From Acidobacteriota bacterium (GTDB taxonomy: Bacteria; Acidobacteriota; UBA6911; RPQK01; JADFOI01), in NCBI GenBank assembly GCA_022562935.1, contig JADFOI010000001.1:15982-79981 (forward strand): 64,000 bases of DNA, written 5' to 3'. Both the position numbers and the translations under genes were made by a program. This document shows positions 9,979 through 19,865 of the stretch, piece by piece (position 1 is the first letter of the stretch; the number at the start of each line of letters is the position of its first letter). A model generated the notes under the pieces. It had not been told where the DNA came from. It saw nothing but the letters and a program-made list of their open reading frames with translations, and did no database searches.

Positions 9979-11148
9979 TTACATCTCTCTGAGGGCGGCA
10001 GAGTAGTTCTCCAGATTGGTCTTAATTTCCTGTAGGGAATCCCCACCAAACTTCTCTTGTAGGGCTTGAGCCAGTACGATGGTCACCATCGCTTCTCCGA
10101 CCACCCCTGCCGCGGGAACAATACAGGTGTCGGAACGCTCATACTGAGCTTCAAAGGGTTCTTTGGTCTCAAAATCGACCGACATCAAGGGTCGACGCAA
10201 GGTGGGAATCGGTTTGACAATGCCACGAACGATGATTTCCTCACCGTTGGATGTACCGCCCTCAATCCCGCCCGCACGATTGGTCTTTCTGAAGAACTGT
10301 CGATCCTTTTGGTTATAAAAAATCTCATCATGAAACTGACTTCCATAGGGGTCGGACTCAAGCCCACTTCCGACAGTCACACCCTTAATGGCATTAATCG
10401 ACATCATGGCCTGGGCCAGCCGGCCATCCAGCTTCCTGTCCCAGTGAACATAGCTTCCCAGACCAGGAGGAACACCCGTGGCCCGCACCTCGAAGATCCC
10501 TCCAATGGTCTCTCCCTTCTCAATAGCCTCATCGACAGCTTTCTTCATGGCTTCATCCAGGGAAGGATCAGAGCAACGCATCTCGGAGGACTCAATTTGG
10601 GGGATAAGATCACTGGAGACCTTCTCCAGCTGCTGGTCGGAGATGCGAATGTCCTTGATGGAAACGACATGGCTGTAGATCAGGATCCCCAACTCCCGTA
10701 GAAGAAGTCTACAGAAGCCGCCTACAGCCACACGGGAAGTGGTCTCGCGAGCGCTCGACCGCTCCAGAACGTTCCGCATGTCGTCGAATCGATATTTCAA
10801 TGCTCCCACCAGGTCAGCGTGGCCGGGTCGAGGGCGTGTCACCCGTCTCTTCTCAGCGCCTTCAGGATTCGGTTCCGACGACATGATCTCTGACCAGTTC
10901 ACCCAGTCTTTGTTGTGCACTATAAAGGCGATGGGCGACCCGAGCGTAGCTCCGTGTCTTACCCCGGAGAAAATTTCAATCTGATCGCTCTCTATTTTCA
11001 TACGGGCTCCCCGACCATATCCTCCCATTCGTCGCTTCAGATCAGAATTGATCAAAGAGACATCCACAGGAACATTGGCGGGAAAGCCTTCAATAACGGA
11101 AATCAATCCTTTCCCGTGGGACTCCCCGGAAGTCAAAAATCGAAGCAT
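9979..11148 (-). CDS. aroC: chorismate synthase
   Basis: 389 aa; GESHG N-terminal signature, full-length AroC-like. Confidence 0.95.
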   Translation of the reverse strand: MLRFLTSGESHGKGLISVIEGFPANVPVDVSLINSDLKRRMGGYGRGARMKIESDQIEIFSGVRHGATLGSPIAFIVHNKDWVNWSEIMSSEPNPEGAEKRRVTRPRPGHADLVGALKYRFDDMRNVLERSSARETTSRVAVGGFCRLLLRELGILIYSHVVSIKDIRISDQQLEKVSSDLIPQIESSEMRCSDPSLDEAMKKAVDEAIEKGETIGGIFEVRATGVPPGLGSYVHWDRKLDGRLAQAMMSINAIKGVTVGSGLESDPYGSQFHDEIFYNQKDRQFFRKTNRAGGIEGGTSNGEEIIVRGIVKPIPTLRRPLMSVDFETKEPFEAQYERSDTCIVPAAGVVGEAMVTIVLAQALQEKFGGDSLQEIKTNLENYSAALREM

Positions 11149-11182
11149 AGACTACTTCCCAATTGCAGGTTACAGTGCCACT

Positions 11183-11282
11183 GAGAGTTCGGGGAGTTTG
11201 GGGAATTAGGGGACAGGCCCCAGAATTCGGAGAATTCTGGGGCCTGTCCCCTAATTCAAACTCCCCCAAACTCCCCGAACTC
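11183..11282. repeat. about 100-bp near-perfect palindrome (GGGACAGGCCC hairpin family) in divergent aroC/mlaE region
   Basis: gagagttcggggagtttggggaattaggggacaggcccc-agaattcggagaattct-ggggcctgtcccctaattcaaactcccccaaactccccgaactctc; arms reverse-complementary except one 7-nt indel. Confidence 0.85.
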
Positions 11283-11369
11283 TCGTCTCGATCAGGCACT
11301 CAGTCTAGCACTAAATACGGGTCAAGAGTTGAGCACGTTTTCCGAGTCAGACTACAATAACCAAAGCAG

Positions 11370-12128
11370 ATGAACTTCTTCTATCGAGCCCTTTACGAAA
11401 TCCAAGAATATACCCTGTTCTCTTTCCAAGCGGTTCGAAGCCTTTTCCGCAAACCCCGCTACTTCGAAGACATCCTCCGGCAAATGGAGATTATAGGCAC
11501 GGGATCCATTTTCATCGTCATGCTGACAGGCTTTTTCACGGGGGGGGTTTTGGCTCTTCAGTCCGCCAAATCCCTGAAGTCTTTCGGTGCCGTGAACCTC
11601 ACCGGACAACTCGTCGCCCTTTCGCTGGTCCGGGAGTTGGGGCCGGTTTTGACGGCATTGATGATCGCTGGCCGTGTAGGAGCGGGAATCGCTTCTCAAC
11701 TCGGCTCAATGGTGGTAACACAGCAAATCGACGCTATGCGGGGGCTGGGAACGGATCCCACCAAGAAGTTAGTGGCTCCTCGTGTGGTCGCCTCCACGGC
11801 AATGCTTCCTCTGCTCACGGTGGTGGCCGATCTTTTCGGCTTAGTCGGAGGGTGGATTGTTTCTCTTTACACCCTCAGACTGAATACCGCTTTGTACTGG
11901 AACACAGCATTGCGCTCGCTTGCATACAATGATGTATTGGAAGGCTTGATGAAACCGTTGGTTTTTGGATTTATTATTGGAACGATCGGTTGCTATTTTG
12001 GCATCAACACGACAGGAGGTACACGTGGTGTTGGTCGCTCCACCACACAAGCGGTGGTGACTGCGTCCATCCTGGTCATCATTGCCGACTTCTTCGTGAG
12101 CAAGATCGTTCTGGAGTTCAGATATTGA
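11370..12128 (+). CDS. mlaE: phospholipid ABC transporter permease MlaE
   Basis: 252 aa multi-pass membrane protein, MlaE/Ttg2B-like; followed by ATPase and MCE genes. Confidence 0.85.
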   Translation: MNFFYRALYEIQEYTLFSFQAVRSLFRKPRYFEDILRQMEIIGTGSIFIVMLTGFFTGGVLALQSAKSLKSFGAVNLTGQLVALSLVRELGPVLTALMIAGRVGAGIASQLGSMVVTQQIDAMRGLGTDPTKKLVAPRVVASTAMLPLLTVVADLFGLVGGWIVSLYTLRLNTALYWNTALRSLAYNDVLEGLMKPLVFGFIIGTIGCYFGINTTGGTRGVGRSTTQAVVTASILVIIADFFVSKIVLEFRY

Positions 12129-12922
12129 ACGCTATCCGCTTTGAACACGTGTTCAAGTCATTCCACGAAAAGGTTGTGCTGAAGGACTTCAGTATGGAGG
12201 TTCGACCGGCTGAAACGAAAATCATTTTGGGTGGAGGTGGATCAGGAAAAACCACCATTCTGAAAATGGTATTGGGTTTAGTGAAACCGGATTCGGGCCA
12301 GATATTCGTCGAGGACCAGGAAATCACTCAGTTAAAAGAAGCGGAGCTGATGCCCATTCGGAAGAGGATCGGTATGGTTTTCCAGGAGGGCGCACTGTTT
12401 GACTCTCTTACCGTGGGTGAAAATGTCGCTTTCCGAATGCGGGAGGCCAAAAACCACAGTGAGGAGGAGATCGAAGGCGTGGTTCGACAATTACTCGGTT
12501 TCGTTGAGCTGGGACATGCGATCGACAAGTTTCCTTCAGAGCTCTCGGGGGGGATGATTCGTCGAGTGGGAATCGCACGAGCTCTTGTCGGACATCCCTC
12601 CATCCTCCTTTACGACGCACCCACGGCGGGCTTGGATCCTATTACCAGTCGCACGATTTGTGAATTGGTGATCAAGCTGCGGGACTTGGAAGGAGTCGCT
12701 TCGATCTTCGTGACCCATGACCTCGAATCAGCCAGGACAGTGGCCAGTGAATTCGCTGAAACCTTACCCAATGGTGAAGTGGTCTTCAAAAGCGAGGATA
12801 ATAACCTTTGTCTAGTCAACACCCGCTTCTTGATGTTGAAGGAGGGAAGCATCATTTTCGAGGGAAACGAAAAAGCCTTGAGAAATTCAGACGATAGCTA
12901 CATTCAGAGTTTTTTGGAATGA
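12125..12922 (+). CDS. mlaF: phospholipid ABC transporter ATP-binding protein MlaF
   Basis: Walker A GGGGSGKTT, ABC signature LSGGM; probable TTG start at 12125 overlapping the mlaE stop (ttga); the ORF-track start 11990 is inside mlaE. Confidence 0.8.
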   Translation: MNAIRFEHVFKSFHEKVVLKDFSMEVRPAETKIILGGGGSGKTTILKMVLGLVKPDSGQIFVEDQEITQLKEAELMPIRKRIGMVFQEGALFDSLTVGENVAFRMREAKNHSEEEIEGVVRQLLGFVELGHAIDKFPSELSGGMIRRVGIARALVGHPSILLYDAPTAGLDPITSRTICELVIKLRDLEGVASIFVTHDLESARTVASEFAETLPNGEVVFKSEDNNLCLVNTRFLMLKEGSIIFEGNEKALRNSDDSYIQSFLE

Positions 12923-12981
12923 GGCGTATCCTGTTACTTTTTCTTCTGGAGAAGGATACGAGAAAAATATGAGGAGCGAAG

Positions 12982-14388
12982 ATGCCAACAAGGGGTAAAC
13001 CGAGTTTTACAGAACTCAAAGTGGGAATCTTTGTCCTGGTCACCTGCACCATTCTGGGTGCCGCAATCTTCACCATCGGGACAACTGTCGGCCTGCTCGA
13101 GGAGACCTTTTACGCGAGGACTTACCTGAACAACGTTTCCGGACTGAAACCTGGAGACCTCGTGCTTCTCGCGGGCGTAGAAATAGGAAATGTAACGGAC
13201 GTCAGCATTTCGAAGTCCGACGATATCCCTGCCACCGAATCCAACCAAGCATCACTCCGACAAATTGAAGCTTTGAACCAGCGAGCAGAGCGGCTTCAAG
13301 AGGAGATTTCCGTAAGCGAGGAGAACCTGCGTGACCTGAGTGAGGAATACGATCAGGCAGTCGAACAGTACGGCGAAGAGGCTCGTCAGGTCATATCCTT
13401 CGGAGAAGCAGTGGCCGACCTTGAACAGCAGGTAGCCCGTCAGAGGAGAGATCTTGAGGCAACCGGGGAGGCTATTGACAGGGCCCAGAGAAATCTACAA
13501 AACATCGTTGTTTCCGCCCTAATCAAGTCAGAGTATCGGGACTGGATCAAGAGGGACAGCAATATCTCTTTGGGTTCGATTGGGCTGCTGGGAGATAAAT
13601 ACATCGAAATCTCCCTGGGGCGAAGCACTGAACCTCCTCTCGTGGTGGAAGAAGAGGTGCAAGGGTGGTTGGGGACTTCGACTCGGCAAGTGGTCCTCAT
13701 CACGGGTACAACTCAGCCGGGGTTTCAGGAATTGATTACGGGTGCGGACGACGTATTGGCCAACCTGTCCTTACTCTCGGAGAAGGTCAATCAGATCCTG
13801 TCACCGATTTCGGAGGGCGAAGGTAGCCTGAGCGAATTTATCGGTAACACCTCCTTTTACGAAAACCTGAACCAAGCCGTGGTCAAAGCCACCGAGACGG
13901 TCGACCAGGCTACCCAGCTCATTCAGGACTTCAGAGAGGGTGAAGGAACTCTGGCCCGACTAGTTCAGGAGCAGGAAGTCTATGATAAAATCAACGCGGC
14001 AACCGGTCACCTGCAAAACGTCTTCGCCCAGATTGACCGAGGAGAGGGATCTCTGGGGAAATTTATCAAGGATCCTTCCTTTTACGAGAAGGGTGAGAGC
14101 ATGCTAGCCAGCATCGAGAGCATCACTCGCCGGATAGATCGGGGTGAAGGAACGTTAGGTAAATTGTCCACCGATGATCAGCTTTATAAAAACCTGGATC
14201 AATCGTTAGAGCGTTTTGCGGCCTTTGTAAACGGCATCCAAGAGGGAAAAGGTACTCTAGGCCTCCTGGCCAAGGACGAAAAATTGTACGAAAATCTAAA
14301 TCAGCTTTCTTCGGAGATGGTTAAGTTGCTCTACGATTTCCGTCAGAACCCCAAGAAGTTTCTAACCATCAAACTCGATGTCTTTTAG
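12982..14388 (+). CDS. mlaD: MCE-family protein MlaD with long C-terminal repeat extension
   Basis: N-terminal TM helix plus MCE domain; C-terminal half has at least 5 repeats of about 35 aa with xEGEG(S/T)L..F...(S/D)FYE(N/K)L core. Confidence 0.8.
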   Translation: MPTRGKPSFTELKVGIFVLVTCTILGAAIFTIGTTVGLLEETFYARTYLNNVSGLKPGDLVLLAGVEIGNVTDVSISKSDDIPATESNQASLRQIEALNQRAERLQEEISVSEENLRDLSEEYDQAVEQYGEEARQVISFGEAVADLEQQVARQRRDLEATGEAIDRAQRNLQNIVVSALIKSEYRDWIKRDSNISLGSIGLLGDKYIEISLGRSTEPPLVVEEEVQGWLGTSTRQVVLITGTTQPGFQELITGADDVLANLSLLSEKVNQILSPISEGEGSLSEFIGNTSFYENLNQAVVKATETVDQATQLIQDFREGEGTLARLVQEQEVYDKINAATGHLQNVFAQIDRGEGSLGKFIKDPSFYEKGESMLASIESITRRIDRGEGTLGKLSTDDQLYKNLDQSLERFAAFVNGIQEGKGTLGLLAKDEKLYENLNQLSSEMVKLLYDFRQNPKKFLTIKLDVF

Positions 14389-14392
14389 TTAG

Positions 14393-14664
14393 TGTCTCGT
14401 CCCATGAATACCATGACGTTTGCTGATGGGGCTTGTGATGGGAGATCAAGGAGCGAAGAGGAGGTGATGCAGGGACATCGGCGACGACGAGCGACGCAGA
14501 GATCACCCGCAACCCCCATCAGCCCGAAGGGTGGCGGCGGGACGGCATCGATTTCTTTGTCGTTCCTCCTCCGTGATGTACACTGACATCGCGTCGTCGT
14601 TACTTCGTGAACTCAACGCCGTCGCGCTCGCCACAAACGTTATGGTATTTATGGGACGAGACAC
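14393..14664. mobile_element. MITE-like element, family D (terminal inverted repeats GTGTCTCGTCCCATGAATACCATGACGTTTG)
   Basis: Left end gtgtctcgtcccatgaataccatgacgtttg, right end caaacgttatggtatttatgggacgagacac; internal nested IR ggcgacgacgagcgacgc / gcgtcgtcgttac; sits between the mlaD stop and the next gene. Confidence 0.75.
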
Positions 14665-14679
14665 GGTAGAGCGAAGCGA

Positions 14680-15369
14680 ATGATTTCTCGAAGCATTGGC
14701 GCCGGCGCCAAAGTGATTCTGAGAGCCTTCATCAAGGTACTCGTTTTTCTTCACATTAATCCCAATCACCTCACTTTTTTAGGTTTTGTGATGAGCATTG
14801 TCACAGCCTATACCTTCGCTCGAGGTCATTTCGGGACGGCCGGAGTGATCCTGATCATGGCCGGGCTTCTCGACATGGTCGATGGGATGGTGGCACGAAA
14901 CACTCAATCGGAAACCCCTTTTGGCGCTTTTTTTGATTCGGTGATGGATCGTTATTCAGATCTGATCATGTATCTGGGACTGATCATCTGGTACGGCAAC
15001 CAGGATCGAATGACTTACGTGGTGCTGGTGGGTGTGGTCATGATGGGATCGGTACTGACCAGCTACACTCGAGCCCGAGCGGAGTCTCTCATTCCTCAAT
15101 GCAAGGTTGGCTTTTTAGAGAGACCCGAGCGGATCGTTCTTCTCATCATCGGTTCCTTTTACTATATGGAACCGATCATCTGGGTTATTGCTGTCCTTTC
15201 CAATTGGACCGTCGTCCATCGAATTCTCTACACACAGGCCCGCATGATGGGCCGACCCTCCTGGGTCATCGCTCCTGGAAAGCAGGAGAGGAAAGAAGGA
15301 GACAGGAGAGAGGAGACAGGAGAGAGGAGAGAGGAGGCAGGAGGCAACGTATCCGTCGAAATGCCTTAG
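14680..15369 (+). CDS. CDP-alcohol phosphatidyltransferase (PgsA-like)
   Basis: 229 aa; DMVDGMVAR...G...D..MD motif of the CDP-OH phosphatidyltransferase family; C-terminal R/E-rich tail encoded by a GA-rich repeat. Confidence 0.75.
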   Translation: MISRSIGAGAKVILRAFIKVLVFLHINPNHLTFLGFVMSIVTAYTFARGHFGTAGVILIMAGLLDMVDGMVARNTQSETPFGAFFDSVMDRYSDLIMYLGLIIWYGNQDRMTYVVLVGVVMMGSVLTSYTRARAESLIPQCKVGFLERPERIVLLIIGSFYYMEPIIWVIAVLSNWTVVHRILYTQARMMGRPSWVIAPGKQERKEGDRREETGERREEAGGNVSVEMP

Positions 15370-15379
15370 CCCGGGCTAA

Positions 15380-16096
15380 TCAACTTCCTACCACCTGCAC
15401 ATCCTTGGGTACCTTCAAGTCAAAACTGGACTTGGAGATGTTGGGATTCAGATCAATATCATCGAAACGAATGAGCAGGTAGTCACGGGTGGGCTCCACC
15501 AACTTCTGCTGGATGGGAACCCACAAGGTGGTGTCAATCCACAGTACGATCTGAGAGAAGTAGGCAGACAGCGACTGTGATTTCGGCGTCAGCTCCAACG
15601 GATAAGCCTCACGCCCCTCAACGGTTTCCTTCTTTCCCAGTCGAATGTGATAGGCCTCCTTTAAGGCCTGCTTGTTGGAGCTGAATCCGAGAAGTAGAAA
15701 TTCTGTTCGATCACGCCTGTTCCCTAAATCATATTTCTGCAACTGTTTGATCTTAGGCTGGTAGTACAGGAGTTTTCCTTCGCTGATAATCAGGGTGTTT
15801 TCCTGCGGCTTGTCTATTTCCTTACGCAGGTAAATCTCATCATTCTCTTTCAGAAAAAAGAAACGGCCGCTTTCACCCTGATCGAATTCCTGCAATATAT
15901 CGGTCCATCTCTTCTGTGAAATCGACGAACTCATCGATCGAAGACTCGTCCCTACCTGATCGATCTTGGTCAAAACTTGCTCCAGGGTCAGAGACTCCGC
16001 TGTTTCCGCCTGAACGGAGAGACCCACAGGAACAAACGGCAGCCAAGAGACAAGAAAGACCCATTGACAAGACTTCACCAGGCAGCACGATTTCAT
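15380..16096 (-). CDS. LolA-like periplasmic lipoprotein-carrier family protein
   Basis: 238 aa, signal peptide, size and hydrophobic beta pattern like LolA/DUF4292 outer-membrane lipoprotein-sorting proteins; last gene of the ABC cluster. Confidence 0.5.
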   Translation of the reverse strand: MKSCCLVKSCQWVFLVSWLPFVPVGLSVQAETAESLTLEQVLTKIDQVGTSLRSMSSSISQKRWTDILQEFDQGESGRFFFLKENDEIYLRKEIDKPQENTLIISEGKLLYYQPKIKQLQKYDLGNRRDRTEFLLLGFSSNKQALKEAYHIRLGKKETVEGREAYPLELTPKSQSLSAYFSQIVLWIDTTLWVPIQQKLVEPTRDYLLIRFDDIDLNPNISKSSFDLKVPKDVQVVGS

Positions 16097-16332
16097 GGGT
16101 TTTCAAAGAGAATCTGAAGTGCTGGTTCCGTCATGGTTTGGTCTTTTTGTTCCATTATCGGTGGGTCCTCTGCCTTTGAGAACGCAGAACCATCAAAGAC
16201 TGCCTTTGGAGTGAGAAAGATGAAGGCCAAGATCAGAGCGGAGAGAATATCGTACTGCCAGCCACCACGCTCATAGGTCCAAAAGATGACTCTCGATACA
16301 GCCGGCAACACGGAATCCTTCCTCCTTCCCAC
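16093..16332 (-). CDS. small hypothetical membrane protein (79 aa)
   Basis: ORF with one predicted TM segment (ILSALILAFIFL); 4-bp overlaps with both neighbours suggest translational coupling. Confidence 0.35.
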   Translation of the reverse strand: MGRRKDSVLPAVSRVIFWTYERGGWQYDILSALILAFIFLTPKAVFDGSAFSKAEDPPIMEQKDQTMTEPALQILFENP

Positions 16333-17073
16333 TTAAGAACGCTTTTCTCCCATAGCGTAAAACATATTCTGAACTCGGTTCAAAATCTTTCCGTCGCGCA
16401 TCTCAATAAGACGGTCCGCAGTCGCAGCAGCTTCAGGATCATGAGTAATGATGATGATCGTCTGTCCGTAATCTGAATTCAATTCCCGGAGCATATTCAA
16501 AACCATCCGGGAATTCTCCGAGTCCAGACTCCCGGTAGGTTCATCAGCGAGCAGAATGGCGGGTCGATTAATGACCGCCCGTGCGATGGCAACTCGCTGC
16601 TGCTCGCCACCGGACAGCTCCCAGGGCTTGTGCTCCATCTTGTTTTCCAAACCCAGCATCCGCAGGATCTTCTGAGCACTCCCATCCTCGTAGTAACCGT
16701 TCCCCTGGATGCGTTTGGCCAGCGCAATATTCTCTTTTGCTGTCAGGGTGTTCAGAAGGTTGTAGCTCTGAAACACAAATCCCATCCTCTGACGCCGAAT
16801 TTCAGTTCTTGCGACATCACTCACCGAGCTGATGCTGACGCCTTCGATAAGAATCCGGCCCGAGGTAGGTTTCAAAAGCCCCCCGATCAAATGGAGCAAT
16901 GTGGATTTACCACATCCGCTTGGCCCGATCACAGCCACAAATTCCCCCTCTTTCACACTGAAATCCACCCCTCGCAATGCCGGGACCTCCATTTTACCGA
17001 CCCGGTAAACCATCTGCAGGTCTTCAACGACTACAACATCTTTTCTTCGAGTGATTCCGATCATTTCACTCAT
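16333..17073 (-). CDS. ABC transporter ATP-binding protein (LolD/MacB-type)
   Basis: Walker [10 protein letters not shown], signature [14 protein letters not shown], Walker [13 protein letters not shown]. Confidence 0.9.
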   Translation of the reverse strand: MSEMIGITRRKDVVVVEDLQMVYRVGKMEVPALRGVDFSVKEGEFVAVIGPSGCGKSTLLHLIGGLLKPTSGRILIEGVSISSVSDVARTEIRRQRMGFVFQSYNLLNTLTAKENIALAKRIQGNGYYEDGSAQKILRMLGLENKMEHKPWELSGGEQQRVAIARAVINRPAILLADEPTGSLDSENSRMVLNMLRELNSDYGQTIIIITHDPEAAATADRLIEMRDGKILNRVQNMFYAMGEKRS

Positions 17074-18157
17074 AACCCAACGCTTTTACGGGATCCATCC
17101 CAGCCGCTTTGAGAGCTGGGTAGAGCGCTCCCAAGGTACCACCTATTACTGCCATTGCGGCAGCTGTAACCCGCCAAAACAAACTGATGGCCACCGGCAG
17201 GGTGGGAAAAGCCGCCACCAGGAGTTCAATCACTACAAACGTCGCAAGGAACCCGAGCCCAACCCCGGCAGCGCAGATCAGCAGAGACTCATTCAGAATC
17301 AGCCTGACGATATAGGATTTGGAAGCGCCCAAGGATTTCAGGATTCCTATTTCGCGAGTCCGCTCTGTAATGGTACTGTACATGGCCAGAAGAATAATAA
17401 GAAAACTGATGGTGACAGAGATACACACCATCGCGGTCACAAACTCCTTGAATACAGGAGTACTGTCCATCATGATTTCCTGCAATTCAGCTGTCTTGGT
17501 GATCTTATAATTCTCAAACCTTTCCTGCAGCGACTCGTACACTTGCTCGAGTGCGACTTCCTCTTTGGCCCGGATAAAGAACATCGTCGCCTTATCCGGA
17601 GTTCCATTGAGCTCCTGTAAAGTGGTCAGCGGAAGAAGCACCCGCGCACCGATGCCCTCACGAAAGACTCCTGCAACTGTGAACTCATGACCCAGGATTT
17701 GCAAAGGATCTTTAGCCTTCATTTTCTTGGAGTTCGCATAGATCGTGTCGATGATGACTTCACGAGGCTCCGAAAATCTCCCTCCTTCAACAAAGCTCAG
17801 GGTGGAATTGACCCGACCGAAACTTTCAGGATCGATCCCAAAAACAATATGGAATTGATCCCCCAAAAACTTTGCCAAAATCGGAGTGACCGCTTCTACA
17901 CCCTCAACCTCTTCAATCACCTTTTGGACTCGAACCGGAATCGTGCCGCTGTTGAGAGCAAAAATCACCGAGGCCTCCGAGGACTGAAGGATGAAGTCCC
18001 CCCCAATTCCCTGGGCTCGCCGGACTGTATCTACGAGCTGACCGTATGACAGCCCCATACTGACCAGCAGTAAGGCCACCCCTAATGCCACCGCGATCAC
18101 GCTCACGCAAGTTCGGGTGGGCCTTTGTCGAAGATTGGAGAGAATCAGTTTAAACAT
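17066..18157 (-). CDS. ABC transporter permease, FtsX/LolC/LolE/MacB family
   Basis: 363 aa; N-terminal TM, large periplasmic domain, C-terminal 3-TM FtsX-like bundle. Confidence 0.85.
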   Translation of the reverse strand: MFKLILSNLRQRPTRTCVSVIAVALGVALLLVSMGLSYGQLVDTVRRAQGIGGDFILQSSEASVIFALNSGTIPVRVQKVIEEVEGVEAVTPILAKFLGDQFHIVFGIDPESFGRVNSTLSFVEGGRFSEPREVIIDTIYANSKKMKAKDPLQILGHEFTVAGVFREGIGARVLLPLTTLQELNGTPDKATMFFIRAKEEVALEQVYESLQERFENYKITKTAELQEIMMDSTPVFKEFVTAMVCISVTISFLIILLAMYSTITERTREIGILKSLGASKSYIVRLILNESLLICAAGVGLGFLATFVVIELLVAAFPTLPVAISLFWRVTAAAMAVIGGTLGALYPALKAAGMDPVKALGYE

Positions 18158-18181
18158 TCTTCTTCCTATGTCACATACATT

Positions 18182-19107
18182 CTAGCGGATTTCACCGATA
18201 GGGTTAAGTTTACCCCCAAGAAGATTCTCCGTGTCACCGGACTCTTCTTCCACCTTGATCAACTCTGCACCGGGAGGAACGGGTACTTCAAAAGCCCCCT
18301 CTCGGACCAATTGATTGACTTTGATGCCTTCTGGGTCCAGTTTAAGAGCAATCCGATAGTTTTCACGTTCTCTCTTGATTTCAATATCGAAAGGAATCAA
18401 CACACCGTCGATCTCACTCGTGTGGCCATAGGTAATTGAGCTTACCCGTTCACCGGCATCGTAATACTGCTGGCGAACCAAATGCATAGAACTACGTTCA
18501 ATCCAAAGTTTTCTCACCAATCGAACGGCCTGGGAAGTCTCAGCGACCTCGATAATTACCACAACGTAGTACTTGAATCGAGGATCTTCCGTCTCTTCCA
18601 AAAAATAGCGATAGCGTAAGCTATTGACAGGAATCCGCTCCACCAGGATTCCCTCCAAAAGATGCTGAGGCCGAACATTCAAGATGGGATTCTCTTGCTC
18701 GAACTTGGCATCCGCTCTCCCCGTCAGATACTTGTTCTCTCCGGGTATCCAAATTTGAAAAGTTTCTCCGGTTGCCGCCATGGCAACGACGGTTGAACTG
18801 GTCAGAGGATTGAGAATATTCACGTAGATCGAGTCGGGCCACTTGGCCACAAGATAGGCTTTCGCGCTGCGGTATTCCTCGATAACCCCGGTCTCGATGG
18901 AACCCCCTACAAACTCCACCTTCAGACTCGAAACCGACAGAGTTTTTGTTACAGCGTAGCGCTCATTGATCATCCGCACCAAGTCATCAAGGCTTGCCAC
19001 CTGGGCCGACGCATAGGCCGAAGGAGTCGCGACCTGGGTTCTCTTCTTGACTGCACCGCCACAACCCACAAGTACCAGTATCCCAATCGTTATGCCCAGT
19101 CTTTTCA
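18182..19107 (-). CDS. lipoprotein, LolA/LolB-like fold candidate
   Basis: Real start MKRLGITIGILVLVGCGG (ATG 19107) with lipobox LVGC; the ORF-track N-terminal extension overlaps dedA and is rejected. Confidence 0.5.
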
Positions 19108-19770
19108 TGCGATCTCGTGCCGGGGCGATCGCCTCCTCGCCCGCAGCCACATTATGGCATAACCGACCATGGCCGTGACAAAGAGTGCGAACAGCACGGT
19201 TCCCACTACGGGCAAATTCTGTTCCAGAAAATCCCTGGCCAACTCTCCGTACAACACCGCCAGGATTCCCCACATGAAGTATCGAATGCTGCGACCTACC
19301 GCGACGGAGAGAAGAAACTTCAAAAAGGATAGTCGGAAGAGTCCTGCCGATAGTACAAATATCTTGAAAGGGGTGGGAGGAGGCAGCACGGAAGGAATCA
19401 CAACCGCCCAAACACCCCATCGACGATACAGATCCTCCACTTCCTTGATCTTTTCCTCTTTAAAGCGCTTGCGCAAAAAGTTTCCACCTCGGCGTCCAAC
19501 CGAATAGAGCAAAGCACATCCGCAGATCGAGCCAGCAGTGGTCATGACGACGTAGAACGTCATCGACTGCCAACTCTGACCGGTGGACAACACCACAATC
19601 AAAATGTCATTCCCTTCCGGTAAGGAAAGAAAAGAAGAATCGGCCAGAGCGATAAAAAAAAGACCGGGTCCACCCAGGCTGACTATGAAAACATAGAATT
19701 GGCTAATGAGGACTCGAACCGCACTCCAGAATCCTCCTGCTGTTGCCAGAAACATCACATCACTCGTCAA
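19105..19770 (-). CDS. DedA/YqaA-family membrane protein
   Basis: 221 aa multi-pass membrane protein with DedA-like GxxxxxxF...G core (inferred by eye). Confidence 0.5.
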   Translation of the reverse strand: MTSDVMFLATAGGFWSAVRVLISQFYVFIVSLGGPGLFFIALADSSFLSLPEGNDILIVVLSTGQSWQSMTFYVVMTTAGSICGCALLYSVGRRGGNFLRKRFKEEKIKEVEDLYRRWGVWAVVIPSVLPPPTPFKIFVLSAGLFRLSFLKFLLSVAVGRSIRYFMWGILAVLYGELARDFLEQNLPVVGTVLFALFVTAMVGYAIMWLRARRRSPRHEIA

Positions 19771-19865
19771 AAAAACGCCTATCCTACCATACTACAAACG
19801 TCAGCACTCGCCGTCAGGTATGATGTCGAGGGAGAAAGCACTATTGTTCTGGACAAGCGACACCC

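Noticed and set aside
14392-14586. 64-aa ORF with internal gaggaggtg-ATG inside the family-D element
   Set aside because: Arg/Gly-rich low-complexity translation of a palindromic repeat. The SD-like match may be coincidental. Kept only as a note under the repeat finding.
19690-19720. tRNA T-arm-like motif ggactcgaacc
   Set aside because: Lies inside the DedA-family CDS; no acceptor or anticodon stems could be built around it. No convincing tRNA or rRNA genes found in the window.
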